In this document: positions 26,136-38,559 of the stretch, piece after piece | Numbering within the stretch: the stretch's first letter is position 1 | Layout: each line of letters begins with the position of its first letter | Assembly (NCBI GenBank): GCA_976226885.1 | Contig: OZ320313.1 | Span: 159,774,001-159,838,000 of the forward strand | DNA from: Iphione sp. A-MEVVRFRX5 | Taxonomy: Eukaryota | DNA length: 64,000 nt | Direction: 5' to 3' | Notes under the pieces: model-generated | Database searches by the model: none | What the model was told of the DNA's origin: nothing | The model's input: the letters and a program-made list of their open reading frames with translations, nothing else | Translations under genes and position numbers: made by a program

Positions 26136-27069
26136 TAATGCATCCACACACACACATACATATCTATATATATATACACTTTCGTCAAATAAAGAGGGAC
26201 ATGCTTCATACACGTATCCCATTTCAGTGATTCCTAAAGAAACAAAATAGGCAGTTAAGGGAGCCTCAAGAATTCGAAAAGGCAGCCCATTGCGTCAACA
26301 CTAGTCGTGATAAAAGGGGCCCACATGCAATAGGCTCCGGTATCTCCTCACTCCTTTGTAGTGTGTTCGGCGGTCACAGTCTGCACTTATTGTCCTCGTT
26401 CCTGTCGTGCTGATGGCCCTGGCGGGTACCCTAGGCAACACCTGCTGCCGTGGACAAACAGAGGGCCACCGCTACCCCTGTGCTGAACACCAGCAAGATC
26501 TGTCCGTTCAGCTGAAGGCACGAGGGACAAATTACGGCCGACCAGTAGGTAAACTTATATTGAATCAAAGCCTCCCGTCTTGGCCAAGATTTCGGATGAA
26601 AGCCAAGCATAGCGGAAGAGGTATTGATTTCCTTCAAGCCGACGCTTTGAATTGTCTTGCCATCATGGTCTCAACAGTCCATCAGATTTTTAGAGAGCCA
26701 ATTGCGTAAAGACGAAGAGCACAGCCATCTGTCCAGTCCCCCCCCCTTGCCACCTCACGTTACGACCGCCGGCTGTGGATTTTGAAATCCGCGCTTCTCA
26801 TTGCAAATCACACATGCAACGCTGAGATAAAAAGGAAAGCCGTCACTCCTGTAACCCTATCTGACCCACAGCTTTCATAAAAAAAGTTTTATCTTCTTTC
26901 TTTGTGGGACTACCTCAGGTTATACTCGTCTTAAAGCCAATCTTCAGCCATGAAGATGCACAAAATACATAGACTTAAAAGGCCCTCTCAGGAGATTTAT
27001 ATATAATATTTTTAAATAACGTGGAAGCCGTTACGTGCAAGAGTATTGCTTATTCGGGGTGTATCTTAC

Positions 27070-27138
27070 CTGAATCATCGTCGAAATCATCATCATATGC
27101 ATCATTATAATCATAACCAGTGTCTCCTTCCGTCTGGG
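27070..27138 (-). CDS. Probable 69-nt coding microexon (phase 1 to phase 1): acidic Tyr/Asp-rich N-terminal segment of the same protein
   Basis: Acceptor tttatgtgttgtattcttacag| and donor CAG|gtaaga. It reads xQTEGDTGYDYNDAYDDDFDDDS, and its last G plus TG of the next exon gives Val, in frame with IGLEPTF. Confidence 0.7.
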
Positions 27139-30100
27139 CTGTAAGAATACAACACATAAAATTTCATACAAACGGCCGTCCTTTCCCTGAAACAGATGCA
27201 GTTTAGTTGAAACACCAGGGGTAATGTGAGTCGAGCGCAACAAAACACCTCTTGCCTGTAAAAAGGGCCGAAAATTTGGAAAATGTTCCTTCCGTAGTAA
27301 TGGGCATGTGTATTGACTTCGCGGAAGAATTATTCACACAAACGGTGAAGGAGGCTAAGGAATAGAAAAAAAAAACAACTAAATACAAAGCCGAGTAAGC
27401 TATATACATATCACATTCTTTCGAGTCATTTATAGGGAGACATTTATTCGGGTGTAAAATTGATATCCGTCTTCAGTTAGTTTAAATGTATTGCTTGAAA
27501 ATATTATCAAGAGCGCTTTTTTCGTGTGTATGTGTATACAAATATATGATATATGTTAGGATAAAAAGTATTCCCTTTTAAATTAATTAATCTTATAAGC
27601 CCCTAAGTGTTAACTGTTAGGATTAATTCATCTGGCTAGCCCTGCCTATCGGTATGCTACGGTGTTGCCCTCGAAGGTCTAGGGTCGGCAGGAAAAACGA
27701 CATAGGCATTGTTGACTGACTCGGAGCAATTCCATTTCATTAGAGCCCACTATAACCTCTAGGTTGCTAGCCGGATGACTGAGGCACTAGTAGATTTCCT
27801 TTCTGAAGCCACTGTGTCGGTCTACCGGCGGCTCAGCACTACAATACAGTTTGCCTAATAACCTCCCATTGCAGGTGTTCATGAAGGGAATGAATGGGCC
27901 GAGGCAATGAAGACAAATTGAAGGCTGAAAAGTACGTTGAATTAACCTGTCACCATATCTTTTTAAGTTTCTGGCATGGGATTTGTTGATTGCACTCATA
28001 GAAAGTGACCATCGAATAAGGGTATAGTACTGAGAGCATAGGTTGCCACTGTCTTAGGCATCATGTAGATATGAATAGGATGAAGAATACGGTTAATAAC
28101 AATAATGCTCACTGGCAACCCATACTGCCGATTCTGTACCGTAACGTAGGTATATACACACATAGTATACTATTTACAGAATGTTATTGCACTATCTTTG
28201 GTTTTACAAACCAGTGCTGGTTTAAATGTTTGATTTCAAACACTAGGTGAAATTTCCCGTTGCTTTTGACGCTCATTGTCTTCGATATACTGCCCGCCTC
28301 TCCAGGGGCTGAACAAATCTGTCAAATAAGGTTCCTCTGTTTAACAAAGGAATGGCACGATTTTTTTTTCGCCAGTAACCTATGTTAGCCTTCCCGCTCA
28401 CCTTCTATTGGCCGTTCACTCCCGCTGTTTCCTTGTATACTATGGGTGAGCCTATAGCGCTGGAACCTTTCCCCTTAGCGCCCCCCCCCACCCCCACCCC
28501 CGATGACTGCGGCCGCCATTGCTCAGACGGCGCTGTCTGTGGAGCGGTGACTTATCACCCTTGAGGGACGTGTAGCAAGCACCCTGGGTTGGATCATACC
28601 ATGAGCGGCGGCGGCGCGCCGACCGCTCCTGCGCGGGCGGCCGTCGCGCCATTTGTAACGATTACATGTGGCCGTACTTAGGGTGGAACCGCCCAGCGAA
28701 CGGCCGCCTCCAGACGCCTGTCATTGTCCATTGACAATTAAATGGTGCGAGCTGCAGGAAAAGGGCCTTGATTCATGCATATTACATGCTAGCTGTGTGC
28801 CGCAGATGAAAGCGCTGAGACAATGATGGCTGACGTTGGCATATAGCTCCTGCCTTCCCCAAGAGACAACCACCAACAGTTCTTTATTTGCGAAGATATG
28901 TTATATTCAAACAATGTGGTCTACCGTGTATATACGGTCATTTGTTTCTTATCCCATTAGAATTCAGGTCCTAACGACCCAACATTTAGTGGAGGAAATT
29001 CCACTCTTACTTATCTCTAGGCTCTTACGGAGAAAACTGCTGCATTCTTATCACAGAACGGATGTCCATATATGTCCATATATATAAATCAAAGGAAATG
29101 AACCGTCGTCATTTCAATTATAGAATCAAAACATCACCATCGCGGTTATTTATAGACCACTTTCAGGGAGAGACAAAAAGGTAATTCTCCTTAAGAGGAC
29201 AGTATTGTGGACTCGTTTTACCACTCCCTCTCCCGGTCACATGGTCTCATCCTTATGCGATGGTTCACCTTTTGCCATCTATTACTGATTGACCGACAGA
29301 GAACGACAAGACTCAGGCCGAAGCAATACTTCATGAGGTGGGCGGCTCATTCGGCCGTCCGAAAATAAAAGATTCCCAGAGGAACGAATGGAGCGCAAGA
29401 CGAGAAGCCCCAGCATCTCGGGGGTGTCGTTACCACCGAAAACATGGAAGGGTCAGTAGGACAGTACGCATTATTATAGTAGGTTCCACAAAGGGCGCGG
29501 CCTTTCTATTCTGTGCTATACGAGCATCTTCATATTCATGTAAATGTGGCATCTTTATCGTACGGACGGCTTCTTTGCAACAGGATCCACGGTCTGCATG
29601 ACCTTTTCCGATTATGTCGCAGTGTTTTCACGGGGAATGTTAAAAATACACACATGACTCTTCAATGCAAACACTTTTCCAAGATTAGAATTACCGATCT
29701 TTTTCGGTTAAATGAATGTTCATGCCACTTCCTGCCAACATTTTAAAAAGCAGAGACTCCTCCGTAAGGGCCAGGAGATTACCTTCCCAGCTTTTTTTTC
29801 CCTCTCGATCTGTATGAAAGATTCCCTGCCATCTTGAGAGAATGCTCAAAAACCTTTCCTCGAATTTAATACTGTTGAGTCCTATTACAAATCCCGCAGG
29901 TACAGCGTTGGCCGGGACACCTGAAACCGGACAGATGCCTTTGCTACGGGGCTGCTCTTGCCAGTTGCCTTCTAGCCGATCCTTGATCTAAAGCCCTCCC
30001 GGTGGCATCTCATCAGGGACGCCACCCCCGGAAGCGGAAGTGGCTCTCTGCCATCCCCCAACTCATCAGCGCATGCTCGCAACGCGACTGGCTTCCGGTG

Positions 30101-32660
30101 CCGACTGAGCTGGAAGGTTGGTTGGGCTCTGTCATGCCAGTAACTGCGGCAACAGCAGTAAGAGCGAAAGCGCTCGTCGAGGGAGGGGAACGTACCGGGG
30201 AGAGGTATAGTGGCAAGCAAGCGATCGGAGTAGGGGGATCGGGGGGGGAGGGACGCCGATTGGGAGTTGATGTGGTACGCGCGAAGGATGCGACTGGAGA
30301 GAAAAAAAAGGTTGCGAGGCATGTGATCTGTAGTATACGTCACGGTTGTATACGACCACCCATCTTCCCTGCTAGACCTCCCCTCAAGAGGCCTGTTGGA
30401 TCCCCCCCCCCCCACGAAAGTCCGCCTGATCCCCATCACTTTCCCATCATTGATCCGCGGTGCACGCCATCCTCCATCCATTCACATCGGACCCAAGCCT
30501 GCCAGCAGCCGAGGCACAGGTCAACAGCAAGCGATGCTCCCGGGCCCGACACAACAATAACAGCCCCTATCCCGTTTCCCGCCGTCTTTCCCTGAGACCA
30601 TCAATATCCGCTCCTTCGGTGTGACCGCTCTAAACGCGATCTAGCGCTGTCCGGCAAGGAACGCTGGGGCGTGACAGGTCTCTCCATTCTCTAGTCCTTG
30701 CTATTGGCCAGAACCTGCAATCACCCCCTTTAATCCGCCGGGATTACACTGGGTTTGGCCTGTTTATCTGTCCAGTAGACCTTCCCTGCCATTGGCCTGC
30801 CCTCGCGTTCTACCCGGCCGTGTGGCTTCATCAAATGGTCAACAATAGCAAACCAGATTTGGGCCTGAATCAATGGACGTCTGATATCAATCAAACCACA
30901 GATCACATTTAGTAACGTATACACCGTAATAACTCCAAAAACATGCCCACCGTTAATACTAAAAGTTATGTGCAATATATATTGTGCATTATCTCTATGT
31001 CCTCAGCGTGTTTTTGCATCGAAGCAGATATTTTCTAAGGAATATAAGTCATCTGAGTACAACAAAGGCCCAAGATGACAAGTACATGAGGTAAATTGTC
31101 GACAACATTTAGAGACACGGATACATTTGGGATTGACCAATAAATTTTGAAAAGACATAATATGTTTTCACATTTTCCGACAGGTATTGATGAATAACGA
31201 TGTAAAAATTATAACTAATGGGGGTGGGGCTAGCCAAAGAACAGAATTTGAAATAAGTAACCTGTAAGAGGGAAGACCGAGCTACCCCGGGATTCTCGAT
31301 TTATCTGCTGTTTATAGTGCTGATAGAACATGTGGAGGTTACAGTAGCACTGATAGCGCTCAGGTTGCTGATGTATTGGCGGGCGGCGCGCCGCATGATC
31401 CGGTATGATACAAGCCCTGCAGGCGTGCCCCGGATCGGCCCAGGGCATCATCAATCTTACACCTCTCCATGTATCATCGCGCCGGGCTGAGGCGGTGTGG
31501 CCGGCCAGGAGGCGAGGTGAGGAGGATACCTGATTAAATCAAGCGGCCAGCTGGCCAATAAATGGATGACACCTGGTGCATGGGTGTCCAGCCCGATGCT
31601 TGTGGCAGGGCTCAACATCAAACGCGCGCCGGAACCATCTTCCTGCCATGTCCTACCCTCGCACACGTCTGATCATTCCCTAGATCTGTAATTCGCCGAC
31701 GGTTTTTTGATATGGTCTCGTTACTCTCACTTACTGGCAGGCCTGGCATCATTGTCGCTATGTTATAAGTAAACTGTATATCGCGTTGTCTATAGTTGGA
31801 ACCGACGTGTCTTGCTCCACTTGAAGGGGGACAAGATGAAACTGTGTAATATACTCCGAAATGATAGTAGATAAATTCAAGCGTTACGTCGCCATCTCCA
31901 TCAATGTACTATATTATCGGCTGCTGTTCAATCCTCCAGTGCAAGTTTTCCAGAGATGTTAATGTTCACATGTTGCTTTATTTATAATTAAGGTATTTCA
32001 ATCTGACCGTATTCCTTTGAATCTGCCTCTATGTCCCTTTTCAGAGGCAGTTATACGGAGAGTTACATCTCAGTTGGGGTCACAGACAGCCAGAGGAAAC
32101 TACTGCTTCATCTTGTTTTACAATCAACATCTCACTGAACTCGTGTTATTATTCTTCATTTTTCTTTCACGTTGGCGCGCCCCTTTTCTAACCGACACAG
32201 TTCTTTTGTTTTCGGATCTTATTTGCTGCCATTTTGGATTCCTATCGTGTCTTCTCCTGCCTTTCACGTATTGTCACGACTGAGAACAGAAACGCACTTT
32301 TCTTTGACCATAGTCATACTTCAGGTATTTTACTTCAGGCAAGGAAACAGTGTAGGTCGGTTTCATGTTGCACCACCGCCCTATTTCATTGTGGAGTGGA
32401 GTGTCAAGAGAATAGACGTAATATTCACCATTCCCACTTTCTAGGCCATAGTATCTGTGCATTGCGTAGGTGTTATCAGATTGTATGCTATTATTTCCCC
32501 TTGCTGTCGCATAGAGGGAAAGATGACGTCCCTATAGGACTATCTTCCGTTAGGATCATTCCCCATATGAAAAGGAAATCTTTAAAATAACGATGTCTGT
32601 GAAGGTCAAATCCATTTGACAATTATAAAACAAAAAATATTGGAGCAAATTCCTTAACAA

Positions 32661-32780
32661 CTATCCTGATGAAGGTCTGACCCTTGTCAGAAACGTCGAT
32701 AAACTATCAACGCCAACATATGTTTCCTTATAGTTAAGTTTTGGTGTTTGACTACGACTTATCTATTCGTCAATATTTAT
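32661..32780 (+). mobile_element. Penelope-like element terminal fragment with a degenerate minimal type I hammerhead motif
   Basis: TATC-CTGATGA-AGGTCTGACCCTTGTCA-GAAACGTC-GATA contains the core CUGAUGA and GAAA, a palindromic ACGU stem III, a GUC site and a 4-bp stem I. Stem II is damaged. The 3' boundary is approximate. Confidence 0.6.
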
Positions 32781-35700
32781 GAACAGGGCTATGGAAGGTA
32801 AAACTACTAGGGGTAATATGCACCATAATTTACTCCTTCCCTTTAAAATACTTTTAAACGACGTTGCCATTAATTACTTTCAGATTTAGTGGTGTTGCAA
32901 ATGCGGTTACGAGTGACCTCTTTCATGAAGTTTTTTAAAGGAAGGTTCTAGTTTCACATCTAACCAATCACAACCCTTACAAATAACTCGAAAGTTTCTA
33001 CTTAACCCAATCAATGAATTATGATCTCGGATACAAGCACTTTACTGTATACATGCATTTCAATTCCCTATAATGTATATACACCCAAAGAAGTATCTCG
33101 ATAAGTAAGGCCACCGGCGTATCCCAATTCCAGAAATAAATAAACGTTATAGAAAATATCCATTATGAAAGGCCCCTATTGAGCAAAGGATTAATTACCT
33201 ATGGCTATATAGCGACCTGATATTTCAATATTGGATAGATGCTTTTGTTCTGTAACTAATAGTTAGTGACCAAAGGTTTGATATACCTTTCATGTGCCAT
33301 CATATTAAAGAGAGACATTTTCATAAGCTAGCCGATCGCCTGGCGTCCTTCTTGGTGGATTTGATGCGAGAGAGGACAGCCTAAAGGCTACCCTTGCCCC
33401 AGGTCGTGTAATGTGGAGTCCCTTTTATGGCATTATCAATAGGACCTAGTCCCGGCAGCATCTGCATTCCGGCAAAAGCCTGAACAACTTTGTGACAGGT
33501 GTGAGTCATAAGCGGAGAAGATGCTTGATAGATCTGCAGACCGGGCCTCCCTTTCCCAGTCCCTAATCTCTTTTAGACCGGCAGATTAGGTTAGGGCTTT
33601 CTGAAATACATCCGGGTGTTCTAGACAAGAAGCCGCTGCAATGCAAATATCAAGAGGAAGATGAGTATCAATAATGTGAACGCCTTGCATAACGGTTTTT
33701 CTCCTATGCCTGTACCTAGTAACTATATGTAATATATTGTTGTAGGGAAAGGCAATAAATACTTGAGTTGTACTATATCGTGATCGATATATGTAGGCTG
33801 CAGTACCTAAAATGTATTGTAGACAAGAATATAGTAGCAGCGATGTTGAAGCACTTTATCAATACGTCCTCAGACGTTAATCTCTACTTTAAAGGCTACC
33901 TCCCGCTAAAAACCTAGCAGCCATTCTTTCAATCCATTTAAGAGTGACAGCTAACATATTAGCCAGGGAGTCAGAGATAATGCAACTCTCCCTACTTTTC
34001 CTCCTTTCGAAGCCTGACGACCCAATAAAGAGCCAACAGAAAACAATCGTTACTAATACCCTTAAGGCTATTGAGGAGCATCAGGAAATGTCATCTGTAG
34101 TGCTAGTCGAGCTTTTTTTTAACTCGGGAAACCATTAGTCACTTCAGATTAAATGAGCGTTTGATCCCTCTGTAGGAGACGCGACAGGAAGCAGGCAAAA
34201 GAATGTGGCTTGAAAAGCCGAGGGGGAAATTTTATTCTATTCCCCGATGGATTGTTACGTTTCTGTCCGCTGAAAAGCGGGGCTAGCGTGCTATTCCCAG
34301 CCACCAATGCCTCTTAGTCGGAGAAGGAGTCAAAACTAGGATGTTGCTGTAGCATCCCACATTGGTTAGTGAATTATAGATGGATAAGCACCCGATAGGC
34401 TCTTCCATCGGTTGGGTTGCAAAGTCCCTTCACGACGTGACCTTTCGACCCTCGAACGATGGGGATGAGAGAGAATGATGACTTATATCCCTACAATCCG
34501 TAGTTCCACAGAGGCGTCATCCGGATTGAGAAACCTTGTTTTACCAGAAGCATCTCCGGACATTTGAAGAATCCATCATACTATTGTAAAGGCTAATACA
34601 TCGGAAGGTAACTGTAGATACAAAAAAAACTAGATACATTATCAGTGTGCCGCTGAAGTACTCGTCGAGAGCTGCTCTTATCAGAGAAAAGCGAGCGTTG
34701 TTATCCCTCCCTGGTGTAAATAAATGGTATAGAAAAAAATTAGTGCAACTACGTGACTCCTACAAGGACAAACCTCGGCAAAAATATAGCTGTATCGCGT
34801 CAAGTAAAATGAAGCCTTCCCGTCCCATGTTTTGCATGGAAAACATTACTTCTCCATACTTTGCTGCTGAAATGTGCCAGCTGTATAATACGTCGACACT
34901 TTCGAGTGGAGATGAATACAACCACACGACCGTATGGTGTGATGCAGCGAGTGCCACATAGTACTCGGTGAAAACAATTGTCCATTGTCGCCCATGTACG
35001 GTTCACATAACACGGGTAGTAGCCCCCCGTCGGACCTATTATATTAGATGGGCAGCAGAGCGGTCGTCCCCAGCCTTCCAGGGCGCCTGGCCAGCCACCG
35101 TACTCGACTCATTGCCCCCGTTATTCTGCTCACTTGCATCTTATACTGACCACTGAGATACGTCCCTGTTTCCCGGGGAAAAGGCCGGACGAGCCGCCAC
35201 TACGAGGAGCCAATGGAGCGTGCGCTCACCCTTGTCAGTGTGAAAATGGCGTCCTACGTTGATAAGAGCGTGGCCAGTAGACGTAACACGTTCCATTTTG
35301 CTATAGTCTTCAGTGGTACACCCTCCAGTGTAAAACTATGGCCGGCTCTAGTATCTGAATTGACGTCGAAAAGCGAGAAGGGGACTTTTTTGGCTAAAAT
35401 ATGCCACCTTTGCAAAAGGTCTTCAATTATAGCTCTCTGTGGATTCCCCCAGGTGGAAGACGGTGAAATCACAAATTTTCGTATTATTCACAGACCGAAT
35501 GCCTCCAATGCCCCCACCCCCTTACTACATGAAACGTGATATTACCGGCTCCAGCATGCGCCGAAAATAAGTCATTTATGACGCGGAATTCGCCTGCGTT
35601 GCGAATTGGCATTGGTGTAACTGGTTATTTGATATGAATCGTCACTGTAATAGGATGTGTTTTTCGCACTTCCGAACAAGCCGTATTGGCAGCGTATCGA

Positions 35701-37703
35701 GTGGGGGAGCATCGCGGACTAGGCCAATTTGGCCATCCAGGCTGAAGTAATCCCAGCATCAGTAGGCTAGTAATCATGGCAGTTTTGGCAAAGAGAGACC
35801 AAGAGGCGAGAGGTATAGCAGAGAAGAAACCTGGCGTATAGGCCCGAGACAAAGCGAACGAGAGGTGAAGGGAGCGCTCCCAAGCCTACCCCAGAATACA
35901 GAAACCTGCTTGTAAATATGGATAAAGTAGAGCACTATAAATACTGAGTCCATACACCATTGTGCTGTATACAGGAAATAACTAGTCGTATAGACCGATG
36001 GGCTACGTAGCTGGCACCAAGCTCGGCCTATGGGGTTGGAGGTAGGCAACATAACAGATGTACCGACCGCTGCCAAGAGGCGCGAGACGCCGGTATTTGA
36101 GCGGCCGACGTCACTCGTGCATTTTTAATGACGCCAGCCACATGTATGTGTGCACTGTACATGGCCGAGCATAAATTTTTCATCGCACCCAGCGTCTATC
36201 CCGATGGCTAGGGGAGATTGTACTTCCCTCCTGTGACGGGCACAGAATTCCCCCGACTGGCGCCTCGTGTGTGTACTATAAGGAGAAGGTTGCAGCAAGG
36301 GAAGAAAGGCCACCGCAAGTATACCCAGCTCACATCAAAGCTCCCCGGGTCCTCGTTCTATCATACTCTAGTACCCAAACGAGGAGCTGGGATTCTACTG
36401 AGCCAGTTACGTCGATGAAGGGAAATGAAGAAAACGGTCGCGTGGAGTTCTTTTTTTCAGGCGGACATTGACGTGCTTTGCTTCGAATAGGTTTAATTCA
36501 AACACTACAAACACTCAATTCCCAGCCCATTTCATGCAGCGTCAGATATGCGCACATGTTAATTTAATGTGCGTGACTGACAGATTGATTGGGAAAGTTC
36601 ACCGCTACCTCTACACGTTCTGCAACTAAAGGCGGCAAAGAACAAAACAAAATGGGGGAGGTTGCTGCCGCGAGGTTAGATTTAACGGCTTTCTGACGCA
36701 TCAAACAAAATCTTATTAAAAGTTGCAACTTAAAAGGGCGAGGGAGGTATTATACTGATTCCTCCGGCCTTTTTAGGCCGACGATAGGTATATCCCCTTC
36801 AGAGTGCAAGGCATTTCTATCATATGAAGGAGTATTTTCACCAACTATGTGAACGTGGGATAAAATTGGTTCATTGGAGGAAAAAAATGCACTAAATCTC
36901 TGAATGGCGAACTGGGCGTAACCTCTCGGTGCCTATTCTTACCAAGATGTGTCGATAGTTTTCAAAACAGTTTCACCAGTGCGTGCTTCAATAGACAGAT
37001 ATTACCTGCATTGACTTTCATGGGAAGCTGACAGCCGCACTGACAGCTACTTGTTCATAAGTTGTCGATAGTTCGGCGCAGGATCCTGTCAGTGACATCG
37101 GCCAGGGACTCAGAGCAGAAGTAGACTTGCATGTCTCAAACACTGCGGTGCCAAGACCTGTTTTTGAAAGCCTTCTTTATCAATTTAAATCCTCATTTTC
37201 GAGAAGCTTTTTGTTAAATTGACAAGATATTCTGTAGGCATCTCCAGAGAGAGCCCCTGGGTCCGTTCGCTTAAGCTATTGAAAGGATTCTAGATACTTC
37301 GATTCACGAGATTTTACTGCAGGCTAAGACACATAGAGTCTATTAGGAAAATCAACTTGTAGGATCCTAATAAAATGGATTGCAATTTAAGAAAGCTTCA
37401 CGAGAATATGCGATAGACTAATCATGTCTGATCCTGATGGGTACGAACACTAAACTGTTAGGTAGGAAGTGCTATGACAGCTAATAATTGAAACAATCAT
37501 AGTTAGTAGTGTAATAGATTAAGCCCGATGGACTGGAATTACCAAGGTCATGTTCATTTTTCTAGAAAATGACATTCTGCACATTTATGCCGGTTTCTCA
37601 TTTATCCCACCTGCCTCAATTGCAGCGTGTATAAGTTAGGATTAGAATACTCGTATTAATATTTGTCAACTCAATTATGATACCTTCACTTCATTTTATA
37701 GTA

Positions 37704-38559
37704 CACTAATAATCTGAAGCCTGGAATTCTTAGTCATTTGTGACTAACTTTCTTAGGTCTAAATGATGGTGCCAAAAGTGACCTAAGGCAAGTTAGTCAG
37801 CTTAGTCATATTTGACTAAGAGTATTAGTCACTTAATTTCCATATACTTTGTGTCAGTGAAAAGGACTAAGCTAATATATCAAAAAATGACTCATCTTAC
37901 ATGTTCAAATTAACTAATATGTTAGTCAGAGTTTCCATTTTTTTACTGATCTCTTAGGCAGTTCTACTATCTTAATATAGTCTATACAGACTAATGCCTT
38001 AAATTTAAAATCACATCAGATGAAAAAAAAGTTGAGATCATGTCAGCAGAGTAGATATAATTTCTCACACAACCATGAGCAATTGGCAGATTTGAATGCA
38101 ATAAACCTTAAGAGAAAGCCTACCTGATAAGACTGTCCTAGTTGCTTGTCAGTTCAATGAAGGTACAGTGGAGTCTTAATTTGCGACCACCTCAATTTGC
38201 GACCATTCTTGTTATTACGACCAATACAGATGGGCACAAAAGTTTGGATTCTATAGTTAATAATAATCTATTTACAACCAAATTCACTATTACAACCATT
38301 TGAGCTTGGTCCCAAGTGGTGGTCGTAAATAGAGACTCCACTGTATATAGAAGAAATATAGCTAAATATCCTGATTATGATTTGTCATCTTCCAGGTATG
38401 GTAGAGCAGGAACCTGTTTTATTGATCTCCTGATTAGAGAGTTCCACAGGCAGATTAGTCAAAAGAAACTAACAGCTCTGGTCATCACAACTATCTTCAT
38501 GAAGTCTAACTCAAGATAGTCACTGGTGACTAAGTTTCACAGGGCTCAGGTTATCAGTG
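37704..38559. mobile_element. Non-autonomous TIR DNA transposon, CACTA/EnSpm-like, carrying the nested MITE
   Basis: Ends are TA|CACTA... and ...CAGTG|TA. The terminal 43 nt align ungapped as inverted repeats (32/43). About ten exact TAGTCA/TGACTA motifs cluster subterminally. Confidence 0.65.
38166..38343. mobile_element. Tc1/mariner-superfamily (Tigger/pogo-like) MITE, copy 2
   Basis: TA|CAGTGGAGTCTTAATTTGCGACCACC ... GGTGGTCGTAAATAGAGACTCCACTG|TA. The inverted repeats match at 23/26 positions, the target duplication is TA, and the element is 178 bp. Confidence 0.88.

Larger units (their letters stand above)
24698..27069 (-). other. 2,372-nt GT-AG intron between the acidic microexon and the first Ig exon
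   Basis: GTAAGA donor at 27069, ttgcag acceptor at 24698, phase-compatible on both sides. Confidence 0.65.

Noticed and set aside
29972-30595. Longest plus-strand ORF (197 aa) and an overlapping antisense ORF
   Set aside because: No recognisable domain, compositionally biased GC-rich sequence, and no supporting splice structure.
35254-35472. Tyrosine-recombinase-like GHSF...GVPLKTI motif
   Set aside because: The catalytic Arg and about 10 residues of spacing are missing, so chance cannot be excluded.
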